This document shows positions 47,816 to 56,839 of a DNA stretch of 64,000 nucleotides, piece after piece. Every line of letters begins with the position of its first letter. The stretch's first letter is position 1. The notes below the pieces were generated by a model. That model was not told the origin of the DNA. It saw only the letters and a program-made list of their open reading frames with translations, and made no database searches. Location of the stretch: the NCBI GenBank assembly GCA_018830295.1, contig JAHJSM010000002.1, positions 14,598-78,597 on the forward strand. Direction: 5' to 3'. Made by a program: the position numbers and the translations under genes. Origin of the DNA: Patescibacteria group bacterium. GTDB lineage: Bacteria > Patescibacteriota > Minisyncoccia > Portnoybacterales > UBA2143.

Positions 47816-47960
47816 AACCTAACCTTTGAGCTTTTCGCTTGGAGTATGGTTTAAATCCATCTACATAAAAACGGTCTTCTGGCCGGCACTATGTAGATGG
47901 TCTTTGTCCGAAAGGGCATTGGGTGATCTGAAAGGATTGCCGCCGACGGAAGGCCTTTTT
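47816..47960 (+). ncRNA. Structured RNA motif copy A (5' leader of S8 protease)
   Basis: Downstream of TTGACT-N16-TATTAT (47758-47785); CCUAAC/UAUGG hairpin, 11-bp stem, two GAAA hairpins, U tract. Confidence 0.65.
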
Positions 47961-48016
47961 TGTTGGCAAAATTTATTGGGGGAAATCAATTTAAATAATT
48001 TAATAATCAAAAAAAT

Positions 48017-51000
48017 ATGAACAAAAAAACAATAAAAAAATACATGGCGGGGTTTATGGTGATAGCGTTTCTTACGGGAACGCTGGCGCCAATGTCGTTG
48101 GTTTTTGCGGCGGATGAAAAAATAACAAAAGGTGAATTAGAATTAAAAAAATTAACAACTGGGAAGTTAATAAATTTTGATGGCGAGGAAAAAGTAGAAA
48201 CCTTTAGCGCGAATGAGAATTTAAAAAAGTCGGCGGATGTAAAACAATCGCAAAAACAAAATTATGTAGAGGGCGAGGTTTTAGTGAAATTTAAGGAACA
48301 GAAAATAAATTTAGAGCAGTTGTCTGGCAGAATGAAATCCGCGTGGTTTGCCACTGGAAAAAATTTAGATAAAAAAGAAGATATTAGAAAAAGTAATATC
48401 TCTGTTTTCAAAACAAAAAGTGATGAGTCGGCGGAGGCAATGGTTGAGAGATTAAAGAATGATTCGAATGTAGAATATGCTGAACCGAATTATATACGAC
48501 AATGGACATCAATAACTCCAAATGATACTGATTTCAGTAAACTATGGGGATTACATAACACAACCAATGATGCTGATATTGATGCTCCAGAGGCATGGGA
48601 TATTTTTACAGGATCTAATTCTGTTGTTGTGGCGGTTTTAGATTCCGGCATTGCTTATAATCATCCTGATTTGATAAATAATATGTGGAATGGGAACACT
48701 AACCATGGTTGGGATTTTTTTAATGATGATGATAATCCACTTGATGATAATGGTCATGGAACTCATGTGGCTGGAACTATTGGAGCTGAAGGCAATAATG
48801 GTATTGGCATAACTGGAGTTAATTGGGATGTAAAATTAATGGCATTAAAAGTGGGAAGTTATGATGGTAATGTTGGTGATATCGTAGAAGCAATTGATTT
48901 TGCTATAAATAATGGTGTTAAAATAATCAATGCAAGTTTTAGCGGTTCCGAAAATTCACAAGCAGAATATGATGCAATAGACCGTTTTAGACAAGCTGGC
49001 GGAATTTTCATCGCGGCGGCTGGGAATGGTGGCGCTGATCAAATTGGTGATAATAACGATTCAAGTCCACAATATCCAGCTGACTATGCTTTGGATAATA
49101 TTATTTCCGTTGCTGCTACAGATCAAAATGATAATTTAACTGAATGGTCTAACTATGGTGTTGCTGCTGTTGATGTTGGAGCTCCTGGGGTGAATATTTA
49201 TAGTATGGTTGCGGACACCAATGTTTTTTCTGAAAATTTTGAAGATGATATTTATAAAGTTGGGCATGGCGGTACGGATAGTCATTGGATAATAGGTTAT
49301 GATGGATTTTCTAAAGTTGCTTATTCTGATAGTTCTTATCCTTATTCGCCAGACGCATATACTTGGTTAATGCAAAAAGAAGATTTAGATCTTTCGGACA
49401 GTTCTATTGTTGGAGCTACATTAGGTTTTACTATATGGTGCGATACTCCGATTAGTGCAACTTTTGATGATTATATATATACTTCTTATCGTTCGGGCGG
49501 AAGTTGGTATTATTCAACAAAATATGATGAACTACAAATTAATTTAGATGGAGGTAGTAGTTGGATAGACAATGGTCATACGGGTTATTATAAAAGATAT
49601 ACTGAAAATATTTCAGATTACCTTACAAATGATTTTAATTTTAGTTTTGATTGGATTACGGATTCTTCTATCGATTATAACTATGGATGTACAATTGATG
49701 ATATTGTAATCACAAAATACACCGATGGTTCAGATGAAAATTATGATTATGCCGACGGCACTTCAATGGCCGCTCCTCATGTTACAGGACTGGCGGCTTT
49801 GATTTGGGGATATAAATCGGAGCTTTCTTATGCTGAAGTTAAAAATGTTATTTTGACTACTGGGGATAATTTATCTTCTCTTGCTAACAAAACCGTAACC
49901 GGAAAAAGAATTAATGCTTTTAACGCTCTCAATTCTTTGATAGATTTAACTGCTCCAGAATTAAGTGAAGTAAATCCAGTGCCAACGCTGACCAATGATA
50001 ATGCTCCTGATTATACATTCAGTTCAACCGAAGCGGGAACAATCAATTATAGCGGCGGATGCGTTAGTGATACCACCGATGCGGCTGAAGGCGATAACGC
50101 AATAACCTTTAATGAGTTAGATGATGGAGTTTATGGTGGATGCGCGATTACAGTAACTGATGCCAACAATAACGAAAGCGCGCCTTTGGCTATAACTACA
50201 TTTACCATAGACACAACCTCGCCAGTAATTACTTTATCTGGTATTAATCCAGTTGAACTTCTTTTAGATGAGGATTACACAGAATATGGCGCTACTGCCG
50301 AAGACAATATTGATGGAGATATTTCAGGGGAAATAGAAATTGACGATAGTTCAATTGATACATCCACAACAGGAACTTATGAAGTAACTTACAATGTTTC
50401 AGATGCGGCAGGGAATGAGGCAGATGAAGTAATAAGAACTGTTAATGTTGGCGAGATTCCCAACACTCCGCCAGTAATGGAATCAATAACTTTAGAGCCA
50501 AATCCCGCATATACAAATACTGACATTACCGCAACGGCAGTTGCTTCTGATGGTAATGGCGATATAGTTACTTTTTCTTACCAATGGGAAAAGAATGGCG
50601 AGAATATGGGAGATGACAGCGATACATTGCTAAGCGATAATTTTGTCAAAGGCGATACAATAAAAGTTGAAGTTATTCCGAATGATGGAACTATTGATGG
50701 CGACTCAATGGAATCAGACCCGATAACAATTTCAAACTCAATTCCAACTCAACCAACGGTTTCTATTTCGCCGAATCCAGCTTATGCGAATAATGACTTA
50801 ACTTGTACTCCAAATGGCTCAACTGACGCTGATAGTGATGGATTTAACTATGTATATCAATGGTATAAAGATGATGTTATTCAAGAAGGTTATACTTCAA
50901 ACACAGTGCTTGCATCGCAAATTGCCGCAGGCGATGTTTGGAAATGCTCGGTTGTCGCGGATGACGGCGAGGCGCAAAGCGTTACTGGCGAAGATTCCGT

Positions 51001-53836
51001 TACCATATTGGAAGTTCCGGACACAACCCCGCCAATCATCACTTTGATTGGAGAAAACACAGTAACTTTGGAAGTCGGCGCGGAATACAATGACGCTGGC
51101 GCCACCGCGACTGATAATGTTGACGGTGATGTTAGCGTATCCATTATCGCTGGCGGAGATACGGTTGATGCGGACACACTGGGAACTTACACCATAACCT
51201 ATAATGTTTCGGATAGCGCTGGTAATCCTGCCACAGAAGTAACCCGAACTGTAAATGTAGTTGACACCACCGCACCAGTAATTACTCTACTCGGCGACAA
51301 CCCAGTTAATCTTGAAGTTGGCGCGATTTATAACGACGCTGGGGCAACAGCCAGTGATAACTATGACGGAAACATTACCGCCAACATAATTACTGTAAAT
51401 CCTGTTAATTCAAGCATAATCGGCGCGTACACTGTGACTTATAATATTACCGACTCTTCTGGCAATACAGCCGATGAAGTCAACAGAACGGTCAATGTAG
51501 TTGATACTACTGTACCGATTATCACATTACTCGGAGAAAATCCTTTCACAATAGCGGTTAATTCGACTTACGAAGATGCCGGTGCCACTGCTCTTGATAA
51601 CTATGATGGCGATCTAACCGCAAATATTGTAACGGTTAATTCTGTGGATATTAATAATGTTGGTGCCTATCAAGTCACCTACAATGTCACTGATGTCGCA
51701 GGTAATTCCGCCGTTGAAGTCGCAAGAACTGTTAATGTGGTGGATGTTTCAACTCCAATTATTACCTTACTCGGCGACAACCCGACAACTGTTGAGTTTG
51801 GCACTGAATATGAAGACGCTGGCGCCACTGCCGCGGACGATGTTGACGGCGATATTACTGATAGTATTGTGGCCGTAAATAATGTTGATACAAGTATTTT
51901 GGGTTCGTATTCTGTAACCTATAATGTTATTGATTCCTCGAGCAATCAAGCGCCCGAAGTCGTGAGAACTGTAAATGTAGTAGATACTGTAGTTCCTGTT
52001 ATGACTTTAATTGGGGATGATGCCGTTGATGTTGAAGTTGGCTATGAATATAATGATAAAGGAGCCACTGCTTCCGATAATTACGACGGAGATATTACGG
52101 ATAGTATAGCGACAGTAAACAATGTTGATACAAATACAGTTGGAACATATTCAGTCACTTATAATGTTTCTGATTCTTCAGGAAACGCTGCTACTGAAGT
52201 AATTAGAACGGTAATAGTCGGACCCGATTTAACTTCTCCTGTAATTACTTTAAATGGAGGAGACATGAATATTTATGATGGATCAACATATATTGACTCA
52301 GGAGCCACTGCTTCTGATAATATTGATGGAGATATTACTGGCAGTATAGTGATAGTAGATAATGTTGACGCAAATACAGTTGGAACATATTCAGTCACTT
52401 ATAATGTTTCCGACATAGCTGGCAATTCAGCTGACGAAGTAGTCAGGATAATAACCGTTTTGCCCGTAGAAGAAGAGCAAGTAATGATTGCTGCCGATAT
52501 GGATATAAGTTCAAGTTTTCAAGAAATTTTAATTGGCAGTAACGCTCCTGCAACTTCCAATATTAATGTTCCATCCGACGCCACAAACGCAAAATTAAAT
52601 GTTTCAGCTTTAATGAGTGGCACTGATGTTACCTTACCGACTGGTCTTACTATTAATTCAGAAACAAGTATTGGTGAAGTAAATGTTCAAATTCCGCAAA
52701 GCACTTTGATTTCTGGCGAAGCTGGCTGGACAGGCGAAATTAATTTGCCGCAAGTTCAGGAAAATTCCAGCGTAAGCGCTACTCCTGATTCCGGCAATAC
52801 CGCGACAGTATCATCGGTTATAGAAATAGGTTTTGGCGATACTTTATTGAATTTTGATAAAGCCGTGAGGATAAAAATAACTGGTCAAGCGGGTAAATAT
52901 GTTGGATATTCGCGCAATGGTGTTTTTACTCCGATTACAAATGTTTGCAGCGCTGACTCGCAAGTCGTTGGCGATGCTTTGGCGGAAGGGAGTGAATGTA
53001 AAATAAATGTTGGTTCGGATTTAGTGATTTGGACTAAACACTTTACTAAGTTTGCTACTTATACGCAGACTGCTATACCTGGTAGTGGCGGAGGCGGTGG
53101 AGGTGGAGGTGGAGGTGGAGGCGTTTCAGTTATCACACCAACTAATTATTCAGTTAAAATAAATAGTAATGCGACTTCTACTGATAATCGGAATGTGAGA
53201 TTAACTTTAGCGGCAACTAATGCTGTATCAATGGCAGTTTCCAATGAGCCAACCTTTACGGGTATTAGTTTTGAAACTTATGCCACAACTAAAGACTGGA
53301 CATTAAGTGAAGGCGTGGGACAAAAAACCGTTTATGTTCGTTTCCGAAGTTCAAGCGGTGTAACGGTGAATACTTCTGTATCTATAAATTTGACTGCTTC
53401 TGTCTTGATGCCTTTAACGCCATCTATTGCAAGCAGCGCGTCGCAAGGTCAAGTTTTGGGTGAGCAAAAATTCGCCGAAGGAGCTTTAATTCGAGCCATT
53501 GGCGATATTGATGTCTATATTGTTAAATACATAAGCGAAAAACAATTCAAGAGATTGATTTTAAGCCCATCTGTCTTTAATAGTTATCAGCATTTAGAAT
53601 GGAGCGACATACTTGATATAGAAAAGAGCGTGGTTGATTCTTTCGCCACTTCCGAATTAGTAAGAGCCGTTAATGATGATAAGGTATATAAATTATATCC
53701 GAATGGAGATATAGGTGAGAAATGTTGGATTGAAACTAGCGAGGTGTTTATTGAGAATGGTTTTGACTGGGATGCTGTTTATGAAATTAATGCGTTTGAT
53801 AGAGATTCTTATATCACAGGACAAAATATAAAATAA
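48017..53836 (+). CDS. Large secreted S8 subtilisin-like protease with seven DUF5011-like Ig repeats
   Basis: VLDSG, HGTHVAG, GTSMAAPHV triad; repeated DTTxPVITLxG..GATAxDNxDGD..YxVTYNV; poly-Gly linker. Confidence 0.9.
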   Translation: MNKKTIKKYMAGFMVIAFLTGTLAPMSLVFAADEKITKGELELKKLTTGKLINFDGEEKVETFSANENLKKSADVKQSQKQNYVEGEVLVKFKEQKINLEQLSGRMKSAWFATGKNLDKKEDIRKSNISVFKTKSDESAEAMVERLKNDSNVEYAEPNYIRQWTSITPNDTDFSKLWGLHNTTNDADIDAPEAWDIFTGSNSVVVAVLDSGIAYNHPDLINNMWNGNTNHGWDFFNDDDNPLDDNGHGTHVAGTIGAEGNNGIGITGVNWDVKLMALKVGSYDGNVGDIVEAIDFAINNGVKIINASFSGSENSQAEYDAIDRFRQAGGIFIAAAGNGGADQIGDNNDSSPQYPADYALDNIISVAATDQNDNLTEWSNYGVAAVDVGAPGVNIYSMVADTNVFSENFEDDIYKVGHGGTDSHWIIGYDGFSKVAYSDSSYPYSPDAYTWLMQKEDLDLSDSSIVGATLGFTIWCDTPISATFDDYIYTSYRSGGSWYYSTKYDELQINLDGGSSWIDNGHTGYYKRYTENISDYLTNDFNFSFDWITDSSIDYNYGCTIDDIVITKYTDGSDENYDYADGTSMAAPHVTGLAALIWGYKSELSYAEVKNVILTTGDNLSSLANKTVTGKRINAFNALNSLIDLTAPELSEVNPVPTLTNDNAPDYTFSSTEAGTINYSGGCVSDTTDAAEGDNAITFNELDDGVYGGCAITVTDANNNESAPLAITTFTIDTTSPVITLSGINPVELLLDEDYTEYGATAEDNIDGDISGEIEIDDSSIDTSTTGTYEVTYNVSDAAGNEADEVIRTVNVGEIPNTPPVMESITLEPNPAYTNTDITATAVASDGNGDIVTFSYQWEKNGENMGDDSDTLLSDNFVKGDTIKVEVIPNDGTIDGDSMESDPITISNSIPTQPTVSISPNPAYANNDLTCTPNGSTDADSDGFNYVYQWYKDDVIQEGYTSNTVLASQIAAGDVWKCSVVADDGEAQSVTGEDSVTILEVPDTTPPIITLIGENTVTLEVGAEYNDAGATATDNVDGDVSVSIIAGGDTVDADTLGTYTITYNVSDSAGNPATEVTRTVNVVDTTAPVITLLGDNPVNLEVGAIYNDAGATASDNYDGNITANIITVNPVNSSIIGAYTVTYNITDSSGNTADEVNRTVNVVDTTVPIITLLGENPFTIAVNSTYEDAGATALDNYDGDLTANIVTVNSVDINNVGAYQVTYNVTDVAGNSAVEVARTVNVVDVSTPIITLLGDNPTTVEFGTEYEDAGATAADDVDGDITDSIVAVNNVDTSILGSYSVTYNVIDSSSNQAPEVVRTVNVVDTVVPVMTLIGDDAVDVEVGYEYNDKGATASDNYDGDITDSIATVNNVDTNTVGTYSVTYNVSDSSGNAATEVIRTVIVGPDLTSPVITLNGGDMNIYDGSTYIDSGATASDNIDGDITGSIVIVDNVDANTVGTYSVTYNVSDIAGNSADEVVRIITVLPVEEEQVMIAADMDISSSFQEILIGSNAPATSNINVPSDATNAKLNVSALMSGTDVTLPTGLTINSETSIGEVNVQIPQSTLISGEAGWTGEINLPQVQENSSVSATPDSGNTATVSSVIEIGFGDTLLNFDKAVRIKITGQAGKYVGYSRNGVFTPITNVCSADSQVVGDALAEGSECKINVGSDLVIWTKHFTKFATYTQTAIPGSGGGGGGGGGGGGVSVITPTNYSVKINSNATSTDNRNVRLTLAATNAVSMAVSNEPTFTGISFETYATTKDWTLSEGVGQKTVYVRFRSSSGVTVNTSVSINLTASVLMPLTPSIASSASQGQVLGEQKFAEGALIRAIGDIDVYIVKYISEKQFKRLILSPSVFNSYQHLEWSDILDIEKSVVDSFATSELVRAVNDDKVYKLYPNGDIGEKCWIETSEVFIENGFDWDAVYEINAFDRDSYITGQNIK

Positions 53837-53911
53837 TGAATTGTTAGAAATATTAAAAGACTTGCTCTTACCGCAAGTCTTTTTTTTGTGCTATAATACT
53901 AACAGGGTATT

Positions 53912-54880
53912 ATGATAAAGAATTTTAAGAAATATTTTATTCCGAACAAGGGCAATAGTCACAAGCCGCGCATTTTGAGGTGGAAGGTGGCGTTAGTAAT
54001 ATTGAGTTTTATTTTGTTCGTTGAAGTTTGTTTTTTAGTTCAGGTTCTTTGGTTTATCCCGCAAGGCAATTTTTTTGCTTCAGTCGCGCCTATGGCTATT
54101 GAAGGATTTACTAATCAAAACCGTCTAAGTAATAATTTAGAGTCGCTTAAAACTAATTCTTTATTGGAAAAAGCTGCCCAACTTAAGGCAGAAGATATGG
54201 CTACCAAGGGCTATTTTGCTCATACTAGCCCCGAAGAAGGTCTGACGCCTTGGTATTGGTTGGATAAGGTTGGTTATGAATATGTTTTGGCTGGTGAAAA
54301 TTTAGCGATTAATTTCGTGGATTCTCAAGATGCCATTAATGCATGGATGAATTCGCCAACCCACAAGGCTAATATTTTAAATAATAATTTTGTTGAGATT
54401 GGCGTTGGCGCGGCCAAAGAGATATATGAAGGCAAGGAGACAATTTTTATTGTTCAGCTTTTCGGTCGCCCGGTAACAATGACTGCTCAATCAGTTGCTG
54501 TCGCGCAAGAAAAAAAACAGTCAGTTCCGCCTACCGTAGAGATCTCCAATGAATCGATTGTCGGAGATTCAACTGCTGTCAAAGGAGAAGTAAAAAATTC
54601 TATTATGCCCGATGATTCAGGTTTTGTCGGGTTAGTAGTTAGAGAGAATTTGTCGCCGAGTATCGTTAGTCGATTTTTATCAACGCCTCGCGCTATTAGT
54701 AATTATTTCTATTTTGTTTTGTTCACTATTTTGGCGTTGGCTTTGTTATTGAGTATTTTCATTAAAATTAAAATTCAGCACCCGGCGTTAATTGTTAATG
54801 GCGTTGTTCTGCTTATTGTGATTTCGGCGATAATCTGGATAAATCAATATATTGTTTTTGCGCAGGCGAAGATAATTTAG
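53912..54880 (+). CDS. CAP/SCP domain membrane protein
   Basis: AQLKAEDM..GYFAH, AGENLA, WMNSPTHKANIL. Confidence 0.9.
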   Translation: MIKNFKKYFIPNKGNSHKPRILRWKVALVILSFILFVEVCFLVQVLWFIPQGNFFASVAPMAIEGFTNQNRLSNNLESLKTNSLLEKAAQLKAEDMATKGYFAHTSPEEGLTPWYWLDKVGYEYVLAGENLAINFVDSQDAINAWMNSPTHKANILNNNFVEIGVGAAKEIYEGKETIFIVQLFGRPVTMTAQSVAVAQEKKQSVPPTVEISNESIVGDSTAVKGEVKNSIMPDDSGFVGLVVRENLSPSIVSRFLSTPRAISNYFYFVLFTILALALLLSIFIKIKIQHPALIVNGVVLLIVISAIIWINQYIVFAQAKII

Positions 54881-55090
54881 GGATTATATGGGATTGACTA
54901 AGATAATAATTAAGTGGTAAAATTATAGCATAGATGAGGCGTAGCCTCCCTCCTTTGTTTTTTGTCATTCATGATTTCGATTACTCTCGCACAAGTAGCG
55001 GTATTAGCAGAGCCGCAAAAAACGGCGAGAAGGAAGTAGTCGAGCCTTCTTTACTAAGCACTCTTGCCGAGGTAAAGCAAGATAAAAATT

Positions 55091-55300
55091 ATGAGTTGCA
55101 AAAACGACGCGCCAGGCATGAAGGGCTGTCGATCTCGCAACAAAGATGGTCAATTGCGTGATAAGCGCGATGATACCCATGTGGGGACTATCGAGAAGCG
55201 ATACGACAGAAACCTTAATGCCAGGTCTGATATGCATCTTGGGACTTATCTTAAGAAGCATAAAATAAAATCCCTCAACGATCTGATTACAGGTCAATAA
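55091..55300 (+). CDS. Small basic hypothetical protein (69 aa)
   Basis: GAGGT SD in upstream hairpin; internal repeat KRDDTHVGT/RSDMHLGT; own promoter at 54894-54923. Confidence 0.7.
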   Translation: MSCKNDAPGMKGCRSRNKDGQLRDKRDDTHVGTIEKRYDRNLNARSDMHLGTYLKKHKIKSLNDLITGQ

Positions 55301-55532
55301 GGGATTTTAGGGTAAGGATGGGGCTATCGCCTCATCTTTTCATATTATATAATATAAACCGAATATTTAGTAATTAGATTATCCACAACCACAAACAAGT
55401 TTAGTATTGCCAGCTGGCAAAAGAGAATTTGTCAAAATACCAAGTTCTAACTTCTCTTCAGAGGATCAAGTGTTTCATCCGCGGAGCAAATGTCTAAGAA
55501 CGGTCTAAAAGGAGAATAGTTTATAAAAAACT

Positions 55533-56162
55533 ATGAATAATCAAACACCAAACAGCAGAAAACAAAAACCACCTTTTTATAAGTCATGGTGGATGAAGTC
55601 TTTTGTTTATCCTGTCTTGTTGACCAGCATTGTTGGCAGTTATCTAATCTACGAGAGCATCAATAGTCGTAATGAGCAATTTATTGACGGAAATGAGAAT
55701 ATACAAGTAGAAAAAAGCCAATCTATGCAAGGCGATGGGAATATTCAAGCCGAGGGCGATAGTGCGATAATCCAAAACAGTGAAGTAACAATAAATATAA
55801 ACAGAGCCGAATTGCCAGAGGGTTTATTGAACCAAGATTGGAAACTGGATAAAACTGAACGAGAATTCTTTGAAACAATAAAATCTATTTTTAACTGTCG
55901 TCTTGATAATGGCATTGTTTGTGCTATGAATTTTTTGCCGGTTTATGATCAAACAGGAGAAAGAACTCTGAAAAATACAAAAGTAGTTTTAATAATCAAG
56001 GAAAAAAACTACGAACTTTTTTTGAGCAAACTAGACGGTGAACCAAGAATTGTAGGTCAGTGTAATTGCGACTTTTCTGAATGTTTTATTTCTCCCTATT
56101 ATCTCTTAAAAAATAACCAAGATAAGCAAATAGAAAACTGTATTGTGATAAAATATAATTAA
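55533..56162 (+). CDS. Membrane-anchored hypothetical protein
   Basis: 209 aa, FYKSWW plus TM helix. Confidence 0.65.
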   Translation: MNNQTPNSRKQKPPFYKSWWMKSFVYPVLLTSIVGSYLIYESINSRNEQFIDGNENIQVEKSQSMQGDGNIQAEGDSAIIQNSEVTININRAELPEGLLNQDWKLDKTEREFFETIKSIFNCRLDNGIVCAMNFLPVYDQTGERTLKNTKVVLIIKEKNYELFLSKLDGEPRIVGQCNCDFSECFISPYYLLKNNQDKQIENCIVIKYN

Positions 56163-56283
56163 GGGAAAAGGGGGTTAGAAGAATTTTTTGTCCTAACAAA
56201 TGGGTTCCAACCCTGTCCGACCAATGGAAGGGGATTTCTCAAAATACCAGGTTCTAACTTTGTCCCACCCTCGCTGCCATATC

Positions 56284-56312
56284 AAAAAAGCCGCTCAAGA
56301 GCGGCTTTTTTG
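56284..56312. terminator. Bidirectional terminator (pre-integration terminator of tRNA-Trp; also serves RRM gene)
   Basis: AAAAAAGCCGC-TCAAGA-GCGGCTTTTTT immediately after attR core. Confidence 0.8.
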
Positions 56313-56327
56313 TATCTTACAAAGAGT

Positions 56328-56612
56328 TTATCTTTGGTAACTGTTTTGTCCTTGAGGACGTTGTTCCATCGGGCGAGCCTCATTGACTGTGAGGTTGCGT
56401 CCTTCAAACTCTTTGCCATTCCACATTTCGATCGCTTTTGGAGCGTCTTCGTCGTTTGTCATTTCGACGAAACCGAAACCTCTGGAACGGCCTGACATTT
56501 TGTCGGTGATGATTGCAGTTGAATCAACAGCTCCGGCTTTTTCGAAGGCCTCTTTCAAGGTATCTTCGGTGGTGCTGTAAGGCAATCCGCCAACATATAA
56601 TTTTTTAGACAT
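56328..56612 (-). CDS. RRM RNA-binding protein
   Basis: KLYVGGL (RNP2), RGFGFVEM (RNP1), LTVNEARP. Confidence 0.93.
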   Translation of the reverse strand: MSKKLYVGGLPYSTTEDTLKEAFEKAGAVDSTAIITDKMSGRSRGFGFVEMTNDEDAPKAIEMWNGKEFEGRNLTVNEARPMEQRPQGQNSYQR

Positions 56613-56839
56613 TTTTTTCTTCTTAATAAACTTGAACTATAGCTCGACCTTTCTTCCCGTTTCGCTAAAACTTTTACTTGAATGAAGATACAGGACGAAC
56701 CTAATCCTACTAAGAAAAGAAAGCTGACCGAGAACTTTATGTTGGGAGTATAAACCTTATTGTTTAGGAAGTCAAGTGTTTCTGACCTGTGGATTTTTTG
56801 CTTGTCATTTTTGATTTGTTTGTGGTATGATTTGACGGA

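Larger units (their letters stand above)
34564..56279. mobile_element. ~21.7 kb integrative element in the 3' end of tRNA-Trp
   Basis: CTGCCA core at 34564-34569 and 56274-56279; serine recombinase at left end; reconstructed attP has inverted arms AGGTTCTAAC/GTTAGAACCT; excision would put a terminator directly after the tRNA; no host REP palindromes seen inside. Confidence 0.85.

Noticed and set aside
47816-47960. Duplicated motif as a c-di-GMP-I or Moco riboswitch
   Set aside because: Shares only the tetraloop receptor; lacks the GGCAAA/GACGCAAA core of c-di-GMP-I, and stem order and gene context do not fit either; an Rfam scan is still needed
47826-48020. 64-aa TTG-start ORF
   Set aside because: Overlaps the structured leader, has no SD and no protein-like features
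51010-52460. Tandem ~250-nt repeats in the S8 gene as DGR template/variable repeats
   Set aside because: They are in-frame Ig-like domain repeats; differences do not appear adenine-specific and no reverse transcriptase is present
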